A DNA stretch of 64,000 nucleotides from an uncultured Acidobacteriota bacterium (GTDB taxonomy: Bacteria > Acidobacteriota > JAAYUB01). Every line of letters starts with the position of its first letter. The stretch's first letter is position 1. The notes under the pieces are model-generated. The model saw nothing but the letters and a program-made list of their open reading frames with translations, did no database searches and was not told where the DNA came from. This document shows, in pieces, positions 1 to 8,077 of the stretch. The position numbers and the translations under genes are program-made. The DNA lies in NCBI GenBank assembly GCA_964412195.1, contig CAYPNP010000011.1:63881-127880 (forward strand), in the 5' to 3' direction.

Positions 1-1
1 G

Positions 2-415
2 GCGGAGAAGGCCTTCCAGAAGGCGGCCCAGCAGAAGCCCGACGCGGCGGCGCCCCACTTCAACCTCGGCGAGATTTACAGCAGCGCCAACCTCAAGAAG
101 GAGGCCACCAAGGAATACATGGAGGCCATCCGGCTGAACGATGCCGACTGGAAACCGTACAATTCGCTGGGCGTGCTCCACATGAAGACGGCCACGCCGG
201 AGAGCCTGCGCAAGGCGGTGGAGTACTTCCAGGAGGCCGCCGGTCGCAGCCCGCAGTCGCCGGAGCCCTACTACAACCTGGCCCTGGTCTACGGCCACCT
301 CAAGAACCGCGAGGCCGCCGAGCAGAACGCCAAGCTGGCCCTCGCGCGGATCCCCGCCGACGGAGTGATGAAGCAGGACGTGGAGCGGCTGCTCAAAGCC
401 CTCGAAAAAGTCTGA
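2..415 (+). CDS. TPR-repeat protein, 5' end outside the window
   Basis: Frame is open from base 2. TPR-like units: AAPHFNLGEIY, WKPYNSLGVLH, PEPYYNLALVYGHL. Confidence 0.85.
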   Translation, partial: AEKAFQKAAQQKPDAAAPHFNLGEIYSSANLKKEATKEYMEAIRLNDADWKPYNSLGVLHMKTATPESLRKAVEYFQEAAGRSPQSPEPYYNLALVYGHLKNREAAEQNAKLALARIPADGVMKQDVERLLKALEKV

Positions 416-520
416 CGCGGGGACGGGGCGACGGGGGGACGGGGCGACGTAGCCCGCGTCGGCCTCGACGCGGGAGGGTGATTCACCGAAACGGCAAAAC
501 GGCGGTGGGGCGAAACGGCG
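416..520. repeat. GACGGGG(C/G) and AAACGGCG oligomer arrays with an embedded GTAG-REP hairpin (449-474)
   Basis: Starts right after the stop codon. A near copy lies at about 10153-10228. Embedded motif GTAG-CCCGCGTCG-GCCT-CGACGCGGG. Confidence 0.8.
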
Positions 521-605
521 ATCCAGCCGATTAGCCCTGATTCGTCAGTACCGGTAGGCGTCAGCCACCGGTGATTCTCACTTCGGCATCCAGCCTTGAT
601 AAAAC

Positions 606-656
606 TAAAACGGCGAAACGGCGATTCCCTCGCCGTTTCGCCGTTTCGCCGTTTCG
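606..656. repeat. AAACGGCG / CGCCGTTT palindromic array, possible terminator
   Basis: aaacggcgaaacggcg-attccct-cgccgtttcgccgtttcgccgtttcg between convergent genes. Confidence 0.75.
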
Positions 657-668
657 TCGATTCGCGGC

Positions 669-1388
669 CTACTGCCGCCCCCGCGAGGCCAGGAACCGGT
701 CCACCTCCGGCGGCAGGGTGCTGCGGGCGAAGAACCGCAGCTGGGTGATCTTGTCCGGCGCCGAGGCGCCGTACTTGTAGAACACGAGCAGGAATTCGGT
801 GGCGGAGACGCGGCGGTAGGACTTCAGGCTGCCCCACTCGCGCACCCAGGCCCGGTCGGCGCACTTGGCCGAGCCGGTCTCGAAGACGATCTTGTCGGCA
901 CGCAGCCACAGCGTGCCCATGCAGTTGTTGGCGTTCAGGTCCAGCTCCACGTCCAGTTTGTAGGGCAGCTCCAGCTCGCTGCCGGCGGGGCCGCCGCCCT
1001 GCGGGGCGTCGACGCGGCCCATCCGCTGCAGGATGTACTGCAGGGCGGCCTGGTTGTCCGGGCTGTCATTCTTGAATTTCAGGACGTACTTCTGCCCGTG
1101 GCCGTGCTCCTTGTCGGCGAAGAAGATGTGCAGCTCGTAGGTGTTCTTGATCTCGACCTTCTCGAGGGCGGAGTACTCCCACACCCGGCTGTCGCCGACG
1201 ACGGTCCGGGACTCGAAGATGACCTTGTCGTCGCGGACGATCAGATTGCCCTGGCACTCGCCCACGCGGTGGTTGTGCTCCACGGGGATCGTGTACAGGG
1301 TCTCGGCCAGCAGCCAGCCGCCGGCCACCGCCAGGAGCGCCAGCGCGAAGAACAGGGTCCGGGCCGTCGTGTGTCTCATGGTTGCCAT
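669..1388 (-). CDS. Secreted hypothetical protein with two internal repeats (possibly PH-like)
   Basis: GGAGGG RBS before the ATG at 1388 and a signal peptide. Repeated CxGxLxxRxDK[VI][IV]FE[ST] motif. Confidence 0.75.
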   Translation of the reverse strand: MATMRHTTARTLFFALALLAVAGGWLLAETLYTIPVEHNHRVGECQGNLIVRDDKVIFESRTVVGDSRVWEYSALEKVEIKNTYELHIFFADKEHGHGQKYVLKFKNDSPDNQAALQYILQRMGRVDAPQGGGPAGSELELPYKLDVELDLNANNCMGTLWLRADKIVFETGSAKCADRAWVREWGSLKSYRRVSATEFLLVFYKYGASAPDKITQLRFFARSTLPPEVDRFLASRGRQ

Positions 1389-1454
1389 TCCCTCCGGGAG
1401 AATTTTCACCCTAGGATAGCCCAACCAGTCGGGACCTGCAAGGTCATTCCGAGC

Positions 1455-1567
1455 TCAACGTCGAACGTTGAACTTCGAACGCCGAACGCTGAACGAGGAA
1501 AAAATCGAACCGGGTCGGATCCCCGGTTCGACGTTCGGCGTTCGACGTTGGACGTTCAGCGTTCAGA
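1455..1567. repeat. GAACGNN heptamer inverted array
   Basis: cgaacgttgaacttcgaacgccgaacgctgaacg ... cgttcggcgttcgacgttggacgttcagcgttcag. Confidence 0.85.
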
Positions 1568-1583
1568 TGGGATGGCTTCTCAA

Positions 1584-2369
1584 CTACCGGTTCAGGGTGA
1601 AGTTCACCGAGACGGTGCCGATGATGGAGATGGGACGGCCGTCCACGCTCGTGGGACTGTAGACCCACTGTTCCACCGCGGTCCTGGCCGCCGCGGCCAG
1701 GATCGGATTGCCGCTCACCACCCGGACGTCGGCCACCCGGCCGGATTCGTCCACGGCCACCTGGATGATGACGACACCCTGGATGCCCGCCCGGATGGCC
1801 ATCTCGGGGTAGACCGGTTCCACCCGCCGGACCAGTTTGGACAGAAGCACCGTCGCGCTCACCGGTTTCCGGTCCCTGGGAGGTGCGGGCCGGACGGGGG
1901 GCGGGGGTGCTTCTGGTACGATGTCATTGCCATGGATCCAGGCGGCCTGGTCGATGCCGGGGACCAGCCGTCCCGGCACGCCGTATCCCCCTGGAACACC
2001 CAGCCCGCTCTCTCCGACTGGAAAGTACTCCTGCGCGGATCGATCATCCGGCGGCGGGAGGTCGTCCGGGATCACGAGCGGAGGGTGGAAGCCGCCGAGG
2101 TCGACGGGCGGACGGGGCGGCCGGGGAGTCTGCGGCCCGCCGGCGGGACCGGTCGTCGGCGGCGCCGGTACCACGATCGGCGGAGCGTACCGATTCGTCA
2201 CCTCCGTCAGGAACCGGCCCACCTCCTGCGGGATGGCGGCAGGGAACATCAGCGGGATGGACACGATCACGGCCAGCGCGGTGGCGTGAAGCAGCGCGGC
2301 CATGGGCAGGGTGCGGGACACCCGGGTGCGGGCGCAAGCGGCGGACGAGACGATCAGCTGGTCAAACAT
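1584..2369 (-). CDS. tonB: Energy transducer TonB
   Basis: N-terminal TM helix with His (ALLHATALA), Pro-rich linker, and a C-terminal PVYPEMA..GIQGVVIIQVAVDESGRV TonB_C motif. Confidence 0.9.
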   Translation of the reverse strand: MFDQLIVSSAACARTRVSRTLPMAALLHATALAVIVSIPLMFPAAIPQEVGRFLTEVTNRYAPPIVVPAPPTTGPAGGPQTPRPPRPPVDLGGFHPPLVIPDDLPPPDDRSAQEYFPVGESGLGVPGGYGVPGRLVPGIDQAAWIHGNDIVPEAPPPPVRPAPPRDRKPVSATVLLSKLVRRVEPVYPEMAIRAGIQGVVIIQVAVDESGRVADVRVVSGNPILAAAARTAVEQWVYSPTSVDGRPISIIGTVSVNFTLNR

Positions 2370-2582
2370 GGCGGCCTCCTTCCCGCCAGGCGCCGCTTCC
2401 GCGGGCCGCCGGCGGCGTGGGATGTGCCCGTGCAGGCCTGACCGGGACTTCTCGCGCGCTTAAACTAATAGACACGACGGGGGCGGGTTGGTTCCATCAC
2501 TCGGCGGGCGCCGGGACAGGATCAGTGGACGGTCGCGGGATCTCGGCGGCTCAGCCGGACCGCGGGACTTCCGGCACAGCCT

Positions 2583-3902
2583 TCACTTGATCGGGACGCA
2601 GGTGCAGACCGGGACGCAGGAGCAGTACGAGTTCCCGCTGGGCCGGGGGACGGGGACCAGGATCGTTCCGGGGACGCAGTTGCAGGTGCACACGCAGCCG
2701 GCGGGGATCGGCGAGCCGCAGGGGAGGGTGTAGGTGATCGTCTGGCCGTACTGGTTGGTCCAGGTGTACTGCTGCGCCTCGCGGTTGTTGTCCAGCGTGG
2801 CTGGGTCAAACAGGTTGGTGAAGTATTCGCCGGTGCCGGCGTCCCACAGGCGGATGGTCTTGTCGTCGGCGCCGGAAGCCAGCACCCTGCCGTCCGGAGA
2901 GTACGCCAGGCAGTTGACAGCGCCTTCATGGCCGGACAGGGTCTTGACCGGCTGCCCGGTGTCGGTCGACCACAGCTTGACCAGGCGGTCCGCGCCGCCT
3001 GAGGCCACGCGCCGCCCGTCGGGGCTGCACAGGATCACGCCGACGCCGGTGCCGTGCGCCTTCCAGACCGGCCCGGGCGCGCCGTCGGGGAGGCCCCAGG
3101 TCCGGATCGTCTCGTCGGCACCGCCGGAGAACAGCCGCCGCCCGTCGGGGCTCCAGGCCACGGCATCCACCGCGGCGCCGTGACCGCGCAGGGTCTGCCG
3201 GCGGAGGCCCTGCGGGATGTCGTAGAGGCCGACGGTGCTGTCGGACGCCGCGGAGGCCAGCCATTGGCCGTCGGGGCTGAACGCCACGGCGCCGACCGGT
3301 CGCCGATGGCCGGTCAGGGTCTTGATGCGGCGGCCGGCCGCCAGGTCCCAGAGCTGGATGGCGCCGTCGTCGGTGCCGGAGGCCAGGTACTTCCCGTCGG
3401 GGCTGCAGTCGACGCAGAGTACGGTCTGGGCCCAGACGCGCAGGGTCTGGCCCAGGATCCCCTCGGGCAGCTGGCGGGACCGGATGGTCTTGTCGGCGTC
3501 ACCATAAACCGCCTCGCCACCCGGGCTGACCGTCACGCAGTGGACGGCGCTCTTGCCCGCCTGGACCTTGTGCAGCCGGCCGAGGGGCATCTCCCAGATC
3601 TTCACCGACATGTCGACGGAACCGGACACCAGGTAGGAACCGGTCCCGTTGAACGCCACGCCCTTCACCGGACCGGCGTGGGCCTGGATCGCCGCCGCCG
3701 GCTTGAGGGCCGGCGCGGCCGCCCGTACCGGCAGGCTCAAGCCGCCCAGGATCGCGGTGCCCGCCGCCGCGGCGACCAGGAAACTGCGCCGGTCCACGCT
3801 CCAGTCGAGCGGGACGTCCGACAGTTCGTACAGGCGGGGCTCGCCGGCGGACGCGTCGGCGTAGAAGTCCTGCAGCTGGAAGCGGGGCCGTCTCTCCGGC
3901 AT
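2583..3902 (-). CDS. Tat-signal WD40 beta-propeller protein (7 repeats) with Cys-rich C-terminal tail; putative radical-SAM substrate
   Basis: GGAGGG RBS, DRRSFL Tat motif, seven GH..SPDG..LASG..D..I.LWD repeats, tail LPCGSPIPAGCVCTCNCVPG..YCSCVPVCTCVPIK. Confidence 0.9.
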   Translation of the reverse strand: MPERRPRFQLQDFYADASAGEPRLYELSDVPLDWSVDRRSFLVAAAAGTAILGGLSLPVRAAAPALKPAAAIQAHAGPVKGVAFNGTGSYLVSGSVDMSVKIWEMPLGRLHKVQAGKSAVHCVTVSPGGEAVYGDADKTIRSRQLPEGILGQTLRVWAQTVLCVDCSPDGKYLASGTDDGAIQLWDLAAGRRIKTLTGHRRPVGAVAFSPDGQWLASAASDSTVGLYDIPQGLRRQTLRGHGAAVDAVAWSPDGRRLFSGGADETIRTWGLPDGAPGPVWKAHGTGVGVILCSPDGRRVASGGADRLVKLWSTDTGQPVKTLSGHEGAVNCLAYSPDGRVLASGADDKTIRLWDAGTGEYFTNLFDPATLDNNREAQQYTWTNQYGQTITYTLPCGSPIPAGCVCTCNCVPGTILVPVPRPSGNSYCSCVPVCTCVPIK

Positions 3903-3997
3903 GGTTCCCTCCCGAGGCAAGTGCTCACCCCGTTGGTAAAGGCTCTCTGATATGGTGACAGGCTATTGAACCACATCGGCGGTACGAAGGCAATGTC

Positions 3998-5497
3998 TCA
4001 CGTGAATTCAGGGCTGATTCCCGGCTCGGCCGGCCCGCCGGGGCGGCACCTGTCCTCCGTTGCCGTGGGCGCCCCGCCCCGAATCCAGGCCCTCCCTCCG
4101 TTTGCCTGGATCTCCTTGAGAACCAGGAATTTCGTCAGCTCCTGGTTCACCCGGCAGCGGAGCGGCAGTTCCCCGGCAGGGAGGCGGCGCTGTCGTTCGC
4201 CCTCCTTGACGGCGCAGTCCCCGGCGCAGTGCCACCGGCAGAAGCAGCCGTCGCAGGCGCGCGCCTGCAGCACCGAGCGCCGGCGGTGGCGGCGGGCGGC
4301 CGCCGGATCGAGGCGGAAATCCCCCGCCCCGTCCCACCGGCCGACCAGGAAGGCGCGGCTGAGGGGGTGCCGCCGCCCGTACACCTCGAAGCAGGCGCTG
4401 ACGTCGCCGGCGGGCGTCACCACCAGCGCCCGGCACGGCGCCAGGCAGAACCGCCGGGTCAGCAGCTCCGGCCGGGCGCCGGAGTAGAACAGCCGGATGC
4501 CGCGGGCGGCCGCGACGTCCCGCGCCGCGGCGAACTGGCGCAGGAACTCGTCCGGCTCGTCCAGCGCCGCGGGGGAGCGGCGGGCGCGGCCGGTGGCGAA
4601 GGCGGGCTCCGCCTGGATGGTGTGCGGCCGGAAGCGGGCGGCGATGTGGGCCACGCTTTCCGCGAGCGAGGCCACGCTGCCGCGCGTGACCGTCAGCCGG
4701 ACGCCGTAGCGGAATCCGGCCGCGTCCAGGGCTTCCAGCGTCCGGGCGGCGCGGCGGTAGGAGCCGCGGCCGCCGGCGCCCGGCCGCTGGGCGTCCTGCA
4801 CGGCCGGCGTCCCGTCGAAGGAGATGCTCAGCTCGGTGAAGTTCCGGAGGATGTAGTCCCGCACCCGGGCGGTCCAGCAGCCGTTGAAGGCGCCGGTCAC
4901 CTGGAGCGGGACGCCGAGGCGGTCCGCGCCGGCTCGGGCGCGGGCCACGGCGCGGGTGAGCACCGGCCAGTTCAGGCTGGGCTCGCCCCCGCCGTGGAAG
5001 GCCAGGGTCATCCCCGGCCGGCCGTGGCGGACCACGTCGGCCAGCACCCGGTCCACCGCCGCCCGGGCGAGGGGCCAGGGCATGTCCTCGGCCGGCAGCT
5101 CGCCCCCGTCGGCGTAGCAGTAGACGCAGCGGAGGTTGCAGCGGTTGGTGAGGAAGAGCACGGCGGTGTCGTAGCCGCCCGCGGCCGCGGCCGGGTCGTC
5201 CGGCGGGGGCGCCGCCTCCCGGAAGAGCCCCAGCCGCTCCAGGCCGGCCAGCAGGGAAGCCGGATCCTCTTCACGGGCCTCCCCTCCCGCGGTGGCCGCC
5301 CGTCCATTCATCGCCTGCTCCGGCGCCTCGGCCCGGCGGCGGACCTGCTCCACCAGCGCGCCGTTGGCGACGAAGGCGATGCCGTGGAGCGGCGCGTACA
5401 CGAGGTACCGGTCCGCGCCGGCCGGCACGGCGAAGATCTGCTCCGGCAGGCGGAAGCGACGGGACGGCGGGAATTCAGCGACGGGAAGGTCGGGCAT
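3998..5497 (-). CDS. Radical SAM/SPASM-domain protein, putative peptide/protein maturase
   Basis: CNLRCVYC (CX3CX2C), FHGGGEP, SPASM cysteines FCLAPC..GDVSACF and CDGCFCRWHCAGDC..RC, and an RRE-like N-terminal extension. Start is at 5497 or 5506. Confidence 0.92.
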   Translation of the reverse strand: MPDLPVAEFPPSRRFRLPEQIFAVPAGADRYLVYAPLHGIAFVANGALVEQVRRRAEAPEQAMNGRAATAGGEAREEDPASLLAGLERLGLFREAAPPPDDPAAAAGGYDTAVLFLTNRCNLRCVYCYADGGELPAEDMPWPLARAAVDRVLADVVRHGRPGMTLAFHGGGEPSLNWPVLTRAVARARAGADRLGVPLQVTGAFNGCWTARVRDYILRNFTELSISFDGTPAVQDAQRPGAGGRGSYRRAARTLEALDAAGFRYGVRLTVTRGSVASLAESVAHIAARFRPHTIQAEPAFATGRARRSPAALDEPDEFLRQFAAARDVAAARGIRLFYSGARPELLTRRFCLAPCRALVVTPAGDVSACFEVYGRRHPLSRAFLVGRWDGAGDFRLDPAAARRHRRRSVLQARACDGCFCRWHCAGDCAVKEGERQRRLPAGELPLRCRVNQELTKFLVLKEIQANGGRAWIRGGAPTATEDRCRPGGPAEPGISPEFT

Positions 5498-5641
5498 GGG
5501 CTCCATCCGGATTGTCGGTCGCCTGATTGTAGCCGATCACGCCGCGCTTTCCAAGTTCCGGTCCATTCGGCTATAATTCCGACGATCCGGCGGCCGCCCC
5601 GCCGCCGTGGCCCGGCGTCGGACACTCACGGGAGGTGGCCC

Positions 5642-6130
5642 ATGGCCCGATTCTTCGCCTTGCTTGCCTTTTGCGGACTGCTTGCGGTGGCCTGGATGCC
5701 GGCCCAGCAGAAGCCGGATTTCTCCGGCGATTGGGTGCTCAACAAGGCCCGCACCCGGCTGCAGTTCCCCGACATCACCGCCATCGACCGCGGCTCCATG
5801 GAGATCGAGCGCGAGGGGACCGCATTCAAATTCAAACGGGTGTTCGTCATCGGCCTGGAGAAGGACATCTTCAGCTACGAGCTGACTGCCGACGGCAAGG
5901 AGACGACCACCAAGGAGGGCAAGCGGAGGATCGTCTCCAAATCGTACTGGGACGGGGACGCGCTGGTCTACGACACCAAGATCGACGCGCCGGGGGGCGA
6001 CGCCACCAACGTGGTGCACTACCGGTTGATCGAGGGCGGCCAGGTGCTGGAGGCGGAGGAGCACTTCCGCGGCCCCAAGCACCAGCACGACAACGTCTGG
6101 ATCTTCGACCGCAAGCCCCCTACCCCGTAA
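5642..6130 (+). CDS. Secreted hypothetical protein, lipocalin-like beta-barrel
   Basis: GGAGG RBS, signal peptide, DFSGDWVL (GxW) motif, alternating beta-strand pattern. Confidence 0.75.
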   Translation: MARFFALLAFCGLLAVAWMPAQQKPDFSGDWVLNKARTRLQFPDITAIDRGSMEIEREGTAFKFKRVFVIGLEKDIFSYELTADGKETTTKEGKRRIVSKSYWDGDALVYDTKIDAPGGDATNVVHYRLIEGGQVLEAEEHFRGPKHQHDNVWIFDRKPPTP

Positions 6131-6139
6131 CGGGAAACC

Positions 6140-6260
6140 GGGAATTCACCACAGAGGCACGGAGGACACAGAGGGGAATTCAGGGTTCCGATCCGCAATC
6201 CGCAATCCGAAAACCGCAATCTGCCGATTCACCCATTCACCTATTCACCCATTCACCCAT
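6140..6260. repeat. Composite oligomer array (CACAGAG, ATCCGCA, ATTCACCC modules)
   Basis: Three unit families in series between convergent genes. The last module contains the stop codon of the methyltransferase. Confidence 0.8.
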
Positions 6261-6973
6261 GCCAGGCACGCCAGGTACCCCCACGCCGGCTCGTCTACCA
6301 CGACCTCGCAGGACCAGCCGGCCCGGGCGGCCCGCTCGGCGAGGGTTTCCGGGTCGACGTGGAGCCAGCCGCAGTACGGCCCGCTCTGGCCCGCAAACTC
6401 GAGCTGGATGCGGATCTCGCCGACGTAGCGGCCGGCCTTCCGGTTGGCCTCGTGGTAGGCCAGGTGGCGCGGATCGTCGGTGTGCCGCACGTCCGTCGAA
6501 TCCAGCAGCAGCCGCCCGCCCGGAGCCAGCAGCCGCCGGGCCCGGTCGAGGAAGCGGTCCAGCCCGGCCAGGGTACCGGCAATCCCGACGCCATGGCCCA
6601 GCATCAGCAGGGTGTCGAACGGCCTCTCCTGGAACTGGAAGATGTCCGCGCAGCGGGCATCGCGGACGCTCCGAGCGGTCATGACCGCCACGGCCTCCGG
6701 GCTGATCTCGAGGGCGGTCACGGACAATCCCCGCTCCTGCAGGGCCAGCGTGTGCAGCCCGCTGCCGGCGCCGATGTCCAGCACGCGCCCACGGCATCTC
6801 TCCAGCGCGGCGTTCTCGAGGGGCGTGAACTCCGCCGGCGCCCGGAAAAAGTGGCCCACCGGCAGCGCGTATTCGACGCCGTCATCCCGCCGGACCGTCA
6901 ACCGCGCTTCCCTGTTGCCCTCAAAGTATGCCTTCAGCGCCAGCCCCTGCGGCGACATCGCTTGCGGTTCCAT
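6245..6973 (-). CDS. Class I SAM-dependent methyltransferase
   Basis: Motif I VLDIGAGSG; LEISP; FDTLLMLG. Confidence 0.9.
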   Translation of the reverse strand: MEPQAMSPQGLALKAYFEGNREARLTVRRDDGVEYALPVGHFFRAPAEFTPLENAALERCRGRVLDIGAGSGLHTLALQERGLSVTALEISPEAVAVMTARSVRDARCADIFQFQERPFDTLLMLGHGVGIAGTLAGLDRFLDRARRLLAPGGRLLLDSTDVRHTDDPRHLAYHEANRKAGRYVGEIRIQLEFAGQSGPYCGWLHVDPETLAERAARAGWSCEVVVDEPAWGYLACLAWVNG

Positions 6974-6986
6974 GAGCGCCTCCTAT

Positions 6987-7403
6987 TTAACGACCGGTGG
7001 ATCGTTTCGCGATGACAAGGCGGATTCCCCTGTCTAGCCGGCCGCTTCGGATCTGTTGCAGGACGTTGCGCAGTGTGGTTCTTTGAGAATCTCGCACCTC
7101 ATCTCCAAAATACACAGCGGTCAGGCAGATGCCGCGGGGTGACTGCCGGAACAGGTAGTCCACCGCTTCGGCCAAGAGCGGGATATAGTCGCCTTCAAGC
7201 TCCCATTGAGTCGAGGAAGTGGTGGGATCTACGACAAACGAACAGGAGCACGCGACGGTTGGATCGGACAATTCCAGAAGTTTCGTATCCGGGGCAGTCC
7301 GGATCCACTTCATCCTCCCCCCGGTCTCCGGCACAACACCGCAATAATCATCAAGCGAAGCCGTTGGGATGTCATTCAGTGTTGCTTGGAGAAGAAAGCA
7401 CAT
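6987..7403 (-). CDS. Hypothetical protein, visibly lower GC than flanks
   Basis: ATG at 7403 with an AGGTGA RBS-like site. No recognisable motif. Confidence 0.45.
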   Translation of the reverse strand: MCFLLQATLNDIPTASLDDYCGVVPETGGRMKWIRTAPDTKLLELSDPTVACSCSFVVDPTTSSTQWELEGDYIPLLAEAVDYLFRQSPRGICLTAVYFGDEVRDSQRTTLRNVLQQIRSGRLDRGIRLVIAKRSTGR

Positions 7404-7517
7404 CGGCTCACCTGCATGCTGAATAGTTATCGGGACGAGACGAATTATTCTACCAAATTTTGGAACTAACCGAATCGGCTCCGTTTGATCAGGCAAACCT
7501 GTGAGGAGGATTGTCTG

Positions 7518-8030
7518 ATGAAATACGAGCGATTTGAGGACCTGCCGGCGTGGAAGGCGGCCATTCATCTGGCGATGGCGGTCTACGCCGTGACCCGGGA
7601 CCGGTTCTTCGTGCAGGCGGGCGACCTGCGCAGCCAGTTGCGGCGGGCGGCGCTGTCGGTGTCCAACAACATCGCGGAGGGGTTCGAGCGCGGAACCACC
7701 GCGGAACTCATTTCCTTCCTGTACATCGCGCGCGGATCGGCGGGGGAAGTCCGCTCCATGCTCTGCTTCATCGAGCAGAGCCCGGAATCGGGCCATCTCA
7801 AATCTCAAATTTCAAATTTGAAATTGTTGGCAGAGGATTGCTCCCGGCAACTCAGAGGGTGGACCAACCATCTGCAGAATTCATCCATCCAGGGGCAGCG
7901 GCACCTGACCGATGGCACGCGGAGGCGCGACGCGGCGCGGAAGGACGCGGACGATTTCCAGGCCAAGCTCGCCGAAACCCTGCACCGCGCCCTGCCGAAT
8001 ATTTATCCTGATCCACACTCGGAGGAGTGA
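7518..8030 (+). CDS. Four-helix-bundle protein (23S rRNA IVS / Avd-like family)
   Basis: FEDLPAWK..LRSQLRRAALSVSNNIAEGFERG..FLYIARGSAGEVRSML signature; GAGGAGG RBS. Confidence 0.92.
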   Translation: MKYERFEDLPAWKAAIHLAMAVYAVTRDRFFVQAGDLRSQLRRAALSVSNNIAEGFERGTTAELISFLYIARGSAGEVRSMLCFIEQSPESGHLKSQISNLKLLAEDCSRQLRGWTNHLQNSSIQGQRHLTDGTRRRDAARKDADDFQAKLAETLHRALPNIYPDPHSEE

Positions 8031-8077
8031 GCGCCTGGTGGCACCAAGAGCGATCTCACATTGACCGAGGCATCAAA

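Noticed and set aside
1444-1668. Short ORFs over intergenic arrays (also 6019-6219, 15787-16002, 23137-23371, 24213-24580, 26669-27004, 32404-32679, 40548-40853)
   Set aside because: The translations (IRNPQS, RTTRTT, ERRTSN, DHGPWT) are simply the repeat units read in frame. They have no RBS and no host codon bias.
2370-2582. Small RiPP precursor ORF between the WD40 gene and tonB, or between the rSAM and WD40 genes
   Set aside because: I found no short ORF with an RBS and a Cys-rich core. The only Cys-rich candidate is the WD40 tail.
7485-8030. Diversity-generating retroelement suggested by the Avd-like gene
   Set aside because: No reverse transcriptase and no template/variable repeat pair differing at adenines was seen in the window.
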